Shown piece after piece: positions 52,969 to 61,513 of a stretch of DNA of 64,000 nt. The DNA is from a virus. Positions within the stretch are counted from its first letter, which is position 1, and every line of letters begins with the position of its first letter. The stretch lies in UHGV virus genome UHGV-0037395; one strand, given 5' to 3'. The translations under genes and the position numbers were made by a program. Under the pieces are notes generated by a model that was given only the letters and a program-made list of their open reading frames with translations, did not search any database and was not told the origin of the DNA.

Positions 52969-52997
52969 TTGCTTTAAACCTTAAAATTCTGTATAAT
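52969..52997 (+). promoter_or_regulatory. T5-type early promoter
   Basis: TTGCTT-17-TATAAT. Confidence 0.55.
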
Positions 52998-53029
52998 AAG
53001 TTCATAAATTAATGAGAGAGGAAATTCTA

Positions 53030-53281
53030 ATGGAAAACATGACTAAAAACGAAATGGCTAACGTTCTGGCAATTCTCCTCGACATGCAGGGTTTTGAGGG
53101 TCAGCTCATGAAGATGTCTATTCCGGCAATGAAAAAGATGTATGATTCTCTGAATAAGAATGCTATGGCGTTCAACCTCGCAAAACAGGAAGCACGTTTT
53201 GCAAAAGAACATCAGGCAACTGCCGAACGTCGCGCAGCATCTTTTGAGCGTGAAGTTAAGCAACTGAAAGGTAAGAAATAA
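53030..53281 (+). CDS. Hypothetical protein (83 aa)
   Basis: ATG 53030 after promoter 52969-52997 and RBS GAGAGAGG. Confidence 0.4.
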   Translation: MENMTKNEMANVLAILLDMQGFEGQLMKMSIPAMKKMYDSLNKNAMAFNLAKQEARFAKEHQATAERRAASFEREVKQLKGKK

Positions 53282-53445
53282 TGGAAAGAGTATCAATTTC
53301 AATACTGTCATTCCTTATAGGAGTACTAATATATAATATGGTTGCTCTTAACATACACTTAACTGAGGTAGACAAGTCTCTCCATGAGCTAAATGTAGAG
53401 ATTTGCAACGTAACTCCAAATAACGAAAAATGTAAGGGTATTTAA
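53281..53445 (+). CDS. Small membrane protein (54 aa)
   Basis: ATG overlapping upstream stop; one TM helix. Confidence 0.3.
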   Translation: MERVSISILSFLIGVLIYNMVALNIHLTEVDKSLHELNVEICNVTPNNEKCKGI

Positions 53446-53726
53446 TGTTAATTGAAATTCTTATTGGACTGCTAGTGCTTATGACACTAGCAGCGATTGG
53501 TGGAATTATTGGTATTGTAAGCATACGAAAAAATATGGAAGGTATGCTCATTACTAACAGCGGGTTGCACCACCGTTTACTAGAGCAAGAACAAGATATT
53601 GAACTGGCCCAAAGACGCTCAGATATTCTTAAAGAAAAGTTAAATAATATTGAAGTAATAGTTGGAAACAATAAATTGCCTGCTAAAGTAATGCGTGCGC
53701 AGATAATTACGGAGATTAAAAAATGA
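53445..53726 (+). CDS. Small membrane protein (93 aa)
   Basis: TAATG coupling; N-terminal TM helix plus coiled coil. Confidence 0.4.
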   Translation: MLIEILIGLLVLMTLAAIGGIIGIVSIRKNMEGMLITNSGLHHRLLEQEQDIELAQRRSDILKEKLNNIEVIVGNNKLPAKVMRAQIITEIKK

Positions 53727-53968
53727 TGATGTTTATTCTCGCATTTTATTTAGTTGTGGTTGGTGTACTAGTTACTAAATACCACACATGGACGCCAAAG
53801 AATGTAGCTAAGGTGGCATTATTTGTTATTCCAGTACCTTTTATTATCTTTTCTATGTTACTGGTAATGCTAATTGGTAAAGTAACAAAAACCGATGTTA
53901 AACGTATTGCTGATGAATTGCAGCAGTCTTGTGATATGGTAGAGGATATTATTAAAGATGAAGCTTAA
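53723..53968 (+). CDS. Small membrane protein (81 aa)
   Basis: ATGA coupling; two TM helices. Confidence 0.4.
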   Translation: MMMFILAFYLVVVGVLVTKYHTWTPKNVAKVALFVIPVPFIIFSMLLVMLIGKVTKTDVKRIADELQQSCDMVEDIIKDEA

Positions 53969-54284
53969 TTTTAATGAATTAAATACCTTACATGAGATAT
54001 TACAGTTTGTAAATAATAATATTAGTATTCCGGATGATACATTAGAAGTTCTCATGATAATTGATAAAAAGGTAGGAATTGAGATTGAGGACTCCTGGAA
54101 GCCACTTTCTGTATTAACACCTCTTAATATGAAAGTGATAGTTAAAAATATTGATACTGGTGAAGAGTGTGAAATGATTCGTAAAGAACTAGCTGATAGC
54201 TATTCACCAAAGTCTGTAGTAATGTACCATGATGATACTCCTAAGATTCTACAGACAGCTAATTACGTATGGCGTCTCCCATGA
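53958..54284 (+). CDS. Hypothetical protein (108 aa)
   Basis: Overlapping start within operon. Confidence 0.4.
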   Translation: MKLNFNELNTLHEILQFVNNNISIPDDTLEVLMIIDKKVGIEIEDSWKPLSVLTPLNMKVIVKNIDTGEECEMIRKELADSYSPKSVVMYHDDTPKILQTANYVWRLP

Positions 54285-54383
54285 TTGATTTAGTACCAAT
54301 TACTGCGGGGCTAATAGCACTATTAGTGCTTGCAGTTTTTATTATTGTGGAGCAGGCCAAAGTAATAAGGAGACTTAAAAACA

Positions 54384-54584
54384 ATGATTGATTTTTATAA
54401 CCCTAACATTCCCACAGCAGCAACAGAGTATTGTGTATTGCTCCCTTTTGCCGCTCTGTTAGCAGCACTCTTTAATATAGTTTTTAAAACAATAGGTCTA
54501 GATGTTCCTCCATATTATATTTCTGACCTCATTCCTTATATGTATGAGATGCTTCCAATAGCGTTTAATGGAGTTCGTAAATGA
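54384..54584 (+). CDS. Small membrane protein (66 aa)
   Basis: RBS AGGAGA; hydrophobic. A further 35-aa TM ORF (54281-54388) lies just upstream. Confidence 0.35.
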   Translation: MIDFYNPNIPTAATEYCVLLPFAALLAALFNIVFKTIGLDVPPYYISDLIPYMYEMLPIAFNGVRK

Positions 54585-55042
54585 CAGCACTACAACAACT
54601 ACAGAATTACTGGTTTGATAATCAATTTAACGATCTCTTTATCCAGTTATTTGTCGAAACGAACGGACGCTTCAACTACCGATTCTTTAATAAGTTTCAC
54701 GAAACAAAATTCTCTCATACAGAAATTAATGCAGCGATCCAAGACCTAACTGGTTCTAAAGTAATTCAATATCGTGAAGTAGACTTTACACCAGATTGTT
54801 TTGGATTTGAATTGTTTAAAAAAGCGTATAAATTTGGTAAGTTTGAGGATGCTCGTCAATGGGTTCACGATTTCTGGTACAACACTGATATTGTTCCTAG
54901 TCGTGTACTGATTCTTAACTGGATTGCTAAACAACATCCACCTAAAATGCAATCATCCTTCTTACCAACTGACACAGGAAACCTCTACCATGACAGAAAA
55001 GAAAAATCCATTGCTGGAGCAGATGAAGGAATGGGAGAGTAA
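54581..55042 (+). CDS. Hypothetical protein (153 aa)
   Basis: ATGA coupling. Confidence 0.4.
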   Translation: MTALQQLQNYWFDNQFNDLFIQLFVETNGRFNYRFFNKFHETKFSHTEINAAIQDLTGSKVIQYREVDFTPDCFGFELFKKAYKFGKFEDARQWVHDFWYNTDIVPSRVLILNWIAKQHPPKMQSSFLPTDTGNLYHDRKEKSIAGADEGMGE

Positions 55043-55361
55043 TATTGAATCTGGTCTAGTAGACGGAGAAGATATTGTTAACTCTATGCTAGAAATAACA
55101 ATAGATAATGTTAACCCTATCTTGGCCAGTGAAACCTCAGATCTTATAGGACTTTCTAGTACTTTCGATTCTTTAGCTAAATTAGCTTTAGATAATGAAG
55201 AGATAACCAAAGAAGATCTCGCCTCGGCTATGAATATGGCTATTAACGCTTACATTGGTAAACGTACCGATGAACTCGACAAACAAATCAAAAAGCGTGA
55301 TACAACGTTAAATCTTATGGAAACGGCCACTATTTTAAGAAGTGGTAAACAACTTCATTAA
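55023..55361 (+). CDS. Hypothetical acidic protein (~112 aa; start uncertain, 54990 or 55023)
   Basis: ORF track ORF 54924-55361; internal ATGs with RBS-like GGAG; terminator at 55368-55400. Confidence 0.35.
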   Translation: MKEWESNIESGLVDGEDIVNSMLEITIDNVNPILASETSDLIGLSSTFDSLAKLALDNEEITKEDLASAMNMAINAYIGKRTDELDKQIKKRDTTLNLMETATILRSGKQLH

Positions 55362-55367
55362 TTCTAG

Positions 55368-55400
55368 AGGCCAGGACTTAATTGTTCTGGCCTTTTGTGT
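55368..55400 (+). terminator. Rho-independent terminator inside the late small-gene run
   Basis: AGGCCAG...CTGGCCT plus TTTGTGTTT. Confidence 0.5.
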
Positions 55401-55415
55401 TTCAAGGAACTTCAA

Positions 55416-55619
55416 ATGCAAGTATATGTCCTTACTAGAGATATAAATGAGTATAATCAGGATGGCGAATATTTTGTAAAGGTATTCGCTGAAAAGCCAA
55501 GTAAACAACAGTTATTAGATGCTGGAGTACCAGAAGACCAGGCTAAGTGTATACTACAAGATAAAGAGTTTACTGGAGACGCTTACGAATGTTTCCACCT
55601 TAGTTGTGAGAGTATCTAG
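55416..55619 (+). CDS. Hypothetical protein (67 aa)
   Basis: ATG after AAGGAAC. Confidence 0.35.
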   Translation: MQVYVLTRDINEYNQDGEYFVKVFAEKPSKQQLLDAGVPEDQAKCILQDKEFTGDAYECFHLSCESI

Positions 55620-55620
55620 T

Positions 55621-56067
55621 ATGAGAGAAAAAGTAAATGAATTATTAATCGAGGAAGCTAACAACTTTCCGATAAATAGATTCATCAAATCGGATGGATC
55701 TATTAATAGAACTAAGATTAAGCAGCTACATCCCGACTTTCAACAAGAAGCGCTAAACCTCATATTTATCAAGAAAGCTGTTGCAGCTCATGGAGCTTTC
55801 TTTGGGTATGAGCGTGTAAATTATAAAACAATGCAACAGCAAGTCGAGATCTATTGTCCCGACCATGGTGGTTATTACTGGCAAACTGCTAGATCTCATT
55901 TAGAAGGGCATGGTTGTCGACTGTGTGCACACAAGGTTGTGCAGCGTGTCACGGATTATGGAACTTATACCGTACCAGCATGTTATCATAAATTTGTAAT
56001 TGACGATAATCATATAGTTTGGTATAATAAGTTTTCAAAGTTAAGAATGGAGATAAATAGTGAGTAG
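55621..56067 (+). CDS. Hypothetical Cys/His-containing protein (148 aa)
   Basis: ATG directly after upstream stop; CPDHGG...HGCRLCAHK. Confidence 0.4.
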   Translation: MREKVNELLIEEANNFPINRFIKSDGSINRTKIKQLHPDFQQEALNLIFIKKAVAAHGAFFGYERVNYKTMQQQVEIYCPDHGGYYWQTARSHLEGHGCRLCAHKVVQRVTDYGTYTVPACYHKFVIDDNHIVWYNKFSKLRMEINSE

Positions 56068-56350
56068 CTATATTATATGGTCAAATCCATTAGCAGCACT
56101 TAGTAACAAACTGTTTAAATCAACATGGGGCTATAATGAAATAGAATTAAGCAGCCGCCCCATATCAAATACATGCTCTCTAGTCCCAGATCTGTATAAA
56201 GTAGTAATAAATAACGTAGAATATTTGGTTGACGAATTTGACAGAAGGTATATACTAGAGTGCATTTATGATAACAATACATCAATGAATGAACTGATAG
56301 ATCATGCCCAAATGTGTGATAAAAGCTGGATGTTAATATGGAAGTCATAG
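56060..56350 (+). CDS. Hypothetical protein (96 aa, GTG start)
   Basis: Overlapping ORF in the same operon. Confidence 0.35.
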   Translation: MSSYIIWSNPLAALSNKLFKSTWGYNEIELSSRPISNTCSLVPDLYKVVINNVEYLVDEFDRRYILECIYDNNTSMNELIDHAQMCDKSWMLIWKS

Positions 56351-56571
56351 CAATTATTTTAGTAGTTATGTTATTCATAGTAGTACTTGTATCTTTTGCT
56401 ATTATGCGTAGAGCTAGAGAATTAGCAGAAGATGTAGTAAAATTGCGTGGTGAGGTAGCGAGTCTCAAACTACAACGTGAAGCTCTCAAGCTATTCGTAA
56501 CTCAAGGTAGCGTAGCGCATACAGCGGAAGACTTCATAGTATATCTTAAACGTTACATGGGAATCAAATAA
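56338..56571 (+). CDS. Small membrane protein (77 aa)
   Basis: N-terminal TM helix. Confidence 0.4.
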   Translation: MEVIAIILVVMLFIVVLVSFAIMRRARELAEDVVKLRGEVASLKLQREALKLFVTQGSVAHTAEDFIVYLKRYMGIK

Positions 56572-56756
56572 TGGAAACTCTTTTTCTTTTAATGCTCGTA
56601 GGTTCTCTATTATTAATACTAGCACTTCTACTAATCTGCAACATTCTTAATAATAAGAATCTAGAGCTAAAGTGTGAGAACCAAATCCTTAATCGTGAAC
56701 TCAAACAATATAATCTAGCAGCCCATAAACTGTTAGACAAACTGGAGAATAAATAA
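56571..56756 (+). CDS. Small membrane protein (61 aa)
   Basis: TAATG coupling; TM helix. Confidence 0.35.
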   Translation: METLFLLMLVGSLLLILALLLICNILNNKNLELKCENQILNRELKQYNLAAHKLLDKLENK

Positions 56757-57364
56757 TGACTTTTAATGCACAACGATCTATTCAAGTAGTACCGGATCAT
56801 GAACTGAATACGTGGGATTATAGCTTTAAAGATTTAACTGCTACTGTACAATTCAAATCTATGAAACTAACATTTGCACATACCGACCTTAGAGCGTGTA
56901 AAGATTTTGAAGGTAAGCTTGAAGACGCTCGTAAGATTTTTGGTAAAGCTCGCATCCCAGCGGATAATCTTATTAACTCATTAATCGATGCAGGGTACAA
57001 ACTTGTGAAGACTGAGGTGAATCGTCCCAGTACCACTGTTAGTGATCCGTGGTCAAAAGGTGGTATTGCACTGTTAAATAATCCTAAAATAACGTCGGAA
57101 CTGCACAATGTTCCATGCGGGGGTACGCTGTCGTCTAATCAGTCCTATCGAGTTGGTGAAGATTATGGTCCTTCTGTACAGTTGAAACATACTCAAGAAG
57201 CTTTTGAATCTGATATGCGAAGCGCAGCACCTGCGGATTCTGGAGTTTCTAGGAGTTCTGTTTGTACTATTCATTTTAATAATCCTAGTAAACATGGAAG
57301 TTTAGAAGATGCTATTATGGAGGCATTGGGAGCTGCCATTAATGAAGATAAGAGAGGTAATTAA
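56756..57364 (+). CDS. Hypothetical protein (202 aa)
   Basis: ATGA coupling. Confidence 0.4.
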   Translation: MTFNAQRSIQVVPDHELNTWDYSFKDLTATVQFKSMKLTFAHTDLRACKDFEGKLEDARKIFGKARIPADNLINSLIDAGYKLVKTEVNRPSTTVSDPWSKGGIALLNNPKITSELHNVPCGGTLSSNQSYRVGEDYGPSVQLKHTQEAFESDMRSAAPADSGVSRSSVCTIHFNNPSKHGSLEDAIMEALGAAINEDKRGN

Positions 57365-57711
57365 TGATATTTGGTAAAACAAAAATAGCCCCTGCTGGGG
57401 AAAATTTAATTACTCTTAGCCTCTACTATAAGGATGAAAATGTAGAAATAGAAACATTAGAGTATGTTCTTATAAATACTAATAAGCCTAAAATAGGAGA
57501 GTTACTTGGTGTAATCTCTAATATCTCTGATAGGGAAGATATTCCAAGTATAACACCAAAGAATATAGCTCACTTAGCACAACAATTAGGAATCCTGTGG
57601 TACAAAGTAGATCTTCCAGCTAAAGAAAGAACTAAAGGAACCTTTGCAGAGGTTGCAAGAAAACCTAAGCCAGAAAAGAAAGAAACAGGGGAGCAAGCGT
57701 CTGATATATGA
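57364..57711 (+). CDS. Hypothetical protein (115 aa)
   Basis: TAATG coupling. Confidence 0.4.
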   Translation: MIFGKTKIAPAGENLITLSLYYKDENVEIETLEYVLINTNKPKIGELLGVISNISDREDIPSITPKNIAHLAQQLGILWYKVDLPAKERTKGTFAEVARKPKPEKKETGEQASDI

Positions 57712-58421
57712 TTAAAGAAGCTGAAAAATTAAAACGTCTTATCCAGTTAGCACGTGGAGCTACACAAAAGAGCCTTTCCCAGCTAACTGATGAAGAAAAA
57801 TATGCAGTAATGTTTTTAGGAGATCATTATCCTGCAAAGTGGGATAAAGGAAAGATCAAGTATGATCGGGATGCAAAACAAGTTGTTTGGTCAGGTTCAT
57901 ATGTGGAGGTAAATAAAGCGTTAAAGGCTTTAGATCCTGAAGCAAAAGGTTTCTCTTCCAATGCTATTCATATTCTAATTGATGAAGATCTCCCAAGATT
58001 TAAGGAAGCATCATTTAAAGAAGCATTAGCTAGCGAAGATCTTATTCCTTTTAAACACGGTAAGTATGCACATCTTCCTCCACTAGAAAAAGAGAAACCT
58101 ACTCTAGTTAAAGATGAAGTTTATCGTGGAATTGGCACAATGCTAGCGAGTTTGACTGTAGCTCTCCATAAAGATCTAGAGTTAACGCCCCTAGAAAACG
58201 CTGTGCATTTCATGTGCCATAAGTACGAGGACACATTTAAAGAACTATGTAAATCGCTAGGAATGCCAAGTTACACGATATTAAACTATGCTCCTGAGTA
58301 TACTAGAGCAGCACGCGGAACTATGGATTACGATGATACAGGATCCACTGCTTCCTATTTAGCAACTTATATCTACTTCGCATCTTTAGGTATCAAACTC
58401 AAATCCAAGAGGGAGGAATAA
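57708..58421 (+). CDS. Hypothetical protein (237 aa)
   Basis: Last plus-strand gene before the iteron region. Confidence 0.4.
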   Translation: MIKEAEKLKRLIQLARGATQKSLSQLTDEEKYAVMFLGDHYPAKWDKGKIKYDRDAKQVVWSGSYVEVNKALKALDPEAKGFSSNAIHILIDEDLPRFKEASFKEALASEDLIPFKHGKYAHLPPLEKEKPTLVKDEVYRGIGTMLASLTVALHKDLELTPLENAVHFMCHKYEDTFKELCKSLGMPSYTILNYAPEYTRAARGTMDYDDTGSTASYLATYIYFASLGIKLKSKREE

Positions 58422-58445
58422 AAGTTAGCAAAAAGTTCTTGCATT

Positions 58446-58476
58446 CTCATACCCAAACATGTTATAATAATCTCAT
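58446..58476 (+). promoter_or_regulatory. Sigma70-like promoter (TTGCAT-18-TATAAT) at start of iteron region
   Basis: Hexamers seen; no ORF downstream. Confidence 0.3.
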
Positions 58477-58887
58477 AGATTAACAACTACTCTAGTTGAT
58501 TAACTCTAGGGGCGATGATTATTACACGAATGTCTCGTATAGCTTGCGGCCTAGCAACAGCGGTATGACGGCATGAGTACTCACGTAATTAATCACGCGC
58601 CCCCAGGAGAGACTCTCATGAAATGGGGGTCTCTTTTTCTTTATATTATTTAAATATTTTTAATGGCAATATCTGTGTTCAAGATGATACACCTATTGCC
58701 GCTCATCTGCTAGGATGGCACAACACTTTCCTAGAAACTCCAGAGTTCTCACGAAATACTCACTCTTTCTAGGGCGGTTCTCCTAAGTTTCTAGGAACAT
58801 ATACTAGGCGGTTTAATACAGGGCGGTTATTGGGAGGGCGGTTATTTCTAGAAGACATTTTTTGAAAACACATTTCCAGAAATTACT

Positions 58888-59487
58888 GTCGGATTTGCAC
58901 ACTGACATAAGTTTAAAAACTGGTCGGATTTGCACAATCGCCTAAGTTTTTAGGAACACATAATCTCCTGAAAATGGCAGCATTATTTCGGGCCGAAGGC
59001 CCATGATTGCCTGAGTTTTTAGAGCCACAGAAATTTTCACTTGTCAAGCTATTTTGCTCCATTTAGCTAATAAAATTTTACTTTTTCTGCACTTATCTCA
59101 AATTAACCCAAATCTTCTCAACTCTTCCCCAAAATCCCCGCAAATCAGGTGCTCCGCACCAAACATGCACCCCTCCCGCAGTTCCCCCAAATTTCTCTCA
59201 CTCTCTCAACTTCTCCCCAAACTCATACAATCACACACCCTCTAATCGAAGTCACAAAAATCTTGTCGGATTCGCACAAATAAATCCATGTCGGATTTGC
59301 ACATATTCTAGTTAATTCCACAGGATTGATGCGCAGCATCAGATTGCTGGAGTTTTTAGGAAAATTCATTGTCGGATTTGCACACTATAAAAATTTTTCG
59401 GGTCGGATTTGCACATTACCAAAAATTGTCGGATTCGCACATACACGCCCGCACGTAACCCGTGGGGGCAAATGTCGGATTTGCACA
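58888..59487 (+). repeat. Array of eight direct 15-bp iterons TGTCGGATT(T/C)GCACA
   Basis: Copies at 58888, 58923, 59265, 59290, 59371, 59402, 59428, 59474; same orientation, irregular spacing, no ORF. Confidence 0.8.
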
Positions 59488-59516
59488 AAAGCGCAGGGCA
59501 ATTGCCCTGCTAGCCT

Positions 59517-59705
59517 GAATGCGAATGATAATGAGAATCATTCGCATTTAAAAAGCGGAATGAGAATGATAATGATTCGCATTTAAGAATGGAAGTGAGA
59601 ATTATTCAGGAAGTGAAACGATTCTCATTTAAAAAGTGGAATGATTATTAGTTAGATAGTGAAATGCGAATGATAATGATTCGTATTTAAGAATGGAAGT
59701 GAGAA
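59517..59705. repeat. Cluster of dimer-type palindromes (AATGCGAATGAT-N-ATCATTCGCATT family) and a ~45-bp direct repeat
   Basis: Perfect palindrome 59517-59548; related half-sites at 59557-59585 and 59661-59690; repeated GAATGGAAGTGAGAA. Confidence 0.7.
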
Positions 59706-59710
59706 ACACT

Positions 59711-59823
59711 ACTATTTAAGTTATCCACAGACTTATCAACAGCACGATTTGACTTGACAAAATCCTAGCCATTTTGAGGCGTTATCAACAGACTTATCAA
59801 CAGCTTATCCTACTGTATAAATA
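59711..59823 (+). repeat. Left arm of inverted repeat: DnaA-box cluster (TTATCCACA, TTATCAACA x4) plus CAGCTTATCCTACTGTATAAATATACAG
   Basis: 28-bp core is the exact reverse complement of 63888-63915; contains -10-like TATAAAT reading rightwards. Confidence 0.75.
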
Positions 59824-60026
59824 TACAGTATTCCTATGCAGTGAATAATTCTAATATAGCGTTAAAACGTCCTAGATCGCATTCTAACGCGTTTAATTTT
59901 GGTGGGGATACTAAAACAGGGGCAAAATTGGAGGAGGCTTGAAAATTAGTTAGCTCGCTAACGATCACACAAGGCGACACGTAACACCCTAACCATTAGC
60001 AGGCTAACCATCGCGGGCGCGGTCAA

Positions 60027-60047
60027 ATGAGAATCATTCTCATTTGA
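60027..60047. repeat. Perfect 21-bp palindrome AAATGAGAATCATTCTCATTT (operator-like)
   Basis: Same half-site family as 59.5-kb palindromes; sits at distal end of module operon. Confidence 0.6.
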
Positions 60048-60085
60048 GAATTGGGGGCACTTCCTGATAGTTGCGCCCCGTGATT
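60044..60085. terminator. GC hairpin plus T-run at distal end of minus-strand module (possibly bidirectional)
   Basis: GGGGC-ACTTCCTGATAGTTGC-GCCCC followed by GTGATTATTATT on plus strand. Confidence 0.4.
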
Positions 60086-60086
60086 A

Positions 60087-60281
60087 TTATTCTGGTAGTC
60101 GGTGCGTGATTTTTTCCTCTTCCCCGTAGGAATCCACCAAATGCTGATAATAACCATCGTGATCATAAATCACTTTATCATACTCCCCACGCTCGACCGC
60201 TTGTCGGTTTTCCAGCGTATCGGGCACGTAAAAAACATCAACCATTGTACTGATTTTGGTTACAACAATTTTATTGCTCAT
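60087..60281 (-). CDS. Hypothetical protein (64 aa), distal gene of GC-richer minus-strand module
   Basis: ORF followed on the minus strand by a hairpin terminator and a palindromic operator. Confidence 0.4.
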   Translation of the reverse strand: MSNKIVVTKISTMVDVFYVPDTLENRQAVERGEYDKVIYDHDGYYQHLVDSYGEEEKITHRLPE

Positions 60282-60296
60282 AGTAACGCCCCGTTA

Positions 60297-60521
60297 TTAG
60301 TTGACTATCTCAAAAATAGCGTTCTCAAGTGTCGCCCTTAGAATCCTCTCGCGCCCTACTACGGAATACTTGAGATCTGGTATTTTGTAACGCTCAATTG
60401 TTTTGAGTAGTTGATCTTTTTGGGCTTTATATTTTTGCCCTTCCTGCACTATCGTGTCGCCTTCGGCTTTAACGCAAATCAGTGTAACCATATAACCCCC
60501 TAGTAAATATATTTTTGCCAA
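60297..60521 (-). CDS. Hypothetical protein (74 aa)
   Basis: ORF in module operon. Confidence 0.4.
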   Translation of the reverse strand: MAKIYLLGGYMVTLICVKAEGDTIVQEGQKYKAQKDQLLKTIERYKIPDLKYSVVGRERILRATLENAIFEIVN

Positions 60522-60618
60522 TAGTGGCGAACTTTATCGCCACCAGCGGAATCATTCGCAGCCTCAACATTACCCGCGAAAATATATAATCTCATTGTAA
60601 TACATCAAAATTATATAG

Positions 60619-60834
60619 TTACTCGTATTCTAGATCGAAAATATCCTCACCATATAATTTGATTAAATCAATTAAATAAAACGCTGCACCCGTATTGTTA
60701 TTTCTCCTTATAAATCTATGATGAGAATCCTTAAATACTTTGAATATATCCCCTGTTTTACCTATGCCCCATAAATCTTGCTTTAATTTTACCCGTTTAA
60801 CGTCTAGCAACATAGTCCAAGTAATTTCACTCAT
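60619..60834 (-). CDS. Hypothetical protein (71 aa)
   Basis: ATGA overlap with upstream gene. Confidence 0.4.
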   Translation of the reverse strand: MSEITWTMLLDVKRVKLKQDLWGIGKTGDIFKVFKDSHHRFIRRNNNTGAAFYLIDLIKLYGEDIFDLEYE

Positions 60835-61175
60835 TGCGCCACCTTTCGAAACGCTGTTTCAATACTATCAGCAGTGGATTGAATATATGCGCCTTTCATT
60901 ATCAGGCGCTCGGTGCATACCTTGCGGAAAATATTAATAAAATCATCTTCATTTTCTGCAATTAACGCTTCCCCCATAACCTGAACGTCACAAGATGCAA
61001 AGGTCAAAAATTGAAACGCTAGTTCACGGGCAACGACCGCATTGATTTTATAGTGCGCCTTGCCCTCATAAATATTAATAACGCCCTTATAGGCTGGGGA
61101 AAGCTGATTTAAATAGTTTGCTAATAATGCCGGACGGCAATTAGCAACAAAACGATTGCCCTCATAAATAACCAT
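60831..61175 (-). CDS. Hypothetical protein (114 aa)
   Basis: ORF; start overlaps the small TM ORF. Confidence 0.4.
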   Translation of the reverse strand: MVIYEGNRFVANCRPALLANYLNQLSPAYKGVINIYEGKAHYKINAVVARELAFQFLTFASCDVQVMGEALIAENEDDFINIFRKVCTERLIMKGAYIQSTADSIETAFRKVAQ

Positions 61176-61302
61176 TTGACAGCCTCCCGATTAGATAGCC
61201 AGATAAAAGCATAAAAATCCCCAATGATATGGGGTCATATTTAAATAATGTGGCGGTAAAACCGCCAACCATTGCAAGGATAATAACAATAACGCTTTTC
61301 AT
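61162..61302 (-). CDS. Hydrophobic 46-aa peptide (single TM)
   Basis: ATGA start/stop overlap with upstream gene; MKSVIVIILAMVGGFTATLF...; not in ORF track (<60 aa). Confidence 0.35.
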   Translation of the reverse strand: MKSVIVIILAMVGGFTATLFKYDPISLGIFMLLSGYLIGRLSNGYL

Positions 61303-61511
61303 AGGACACCACGAAACGCAGCATAAAAGGTGGCAAAGTGTTTAACCGTTTCAGCTATCACGTTGCCGCGCTTATCGAATTTTTTCTCGGTAACACGAAA
61401 GGCATTTTTGTTACGTGCTACATATTCGATTTTACAATCTTCCCGCTCGAACGTGTTAACGTCCACCAGCTTAAAGCCTTTCGAACGTGCAAGAGAAACG
61501 TTGCGGATCAT
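61299..61511 (-). CDS. Hypothetical basic protein (70 aa)
   Basis: RBS AAAGGAGAA inside the 3' end of the upstream peptide gene. Confidence 0.4.
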   Translation of the reverse strand: MIRNVSLARSKGFKLVDVNTFEREDCKIEYVARNKNAFRVTEKKFDKRGNVIAETVKHFATFYAAFRGVL

Positions 61512-61513
61512 TT

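Noticed and set aside
58888-59487. Iteron array considered as a CRISPR array
   Set aside because: Repeats are only 15 bp, all in direct orientation with irregular 20-300 bp spacing, and no cas genes or leader are present. This looks like a protein-binding iteron set, not CRISPR.
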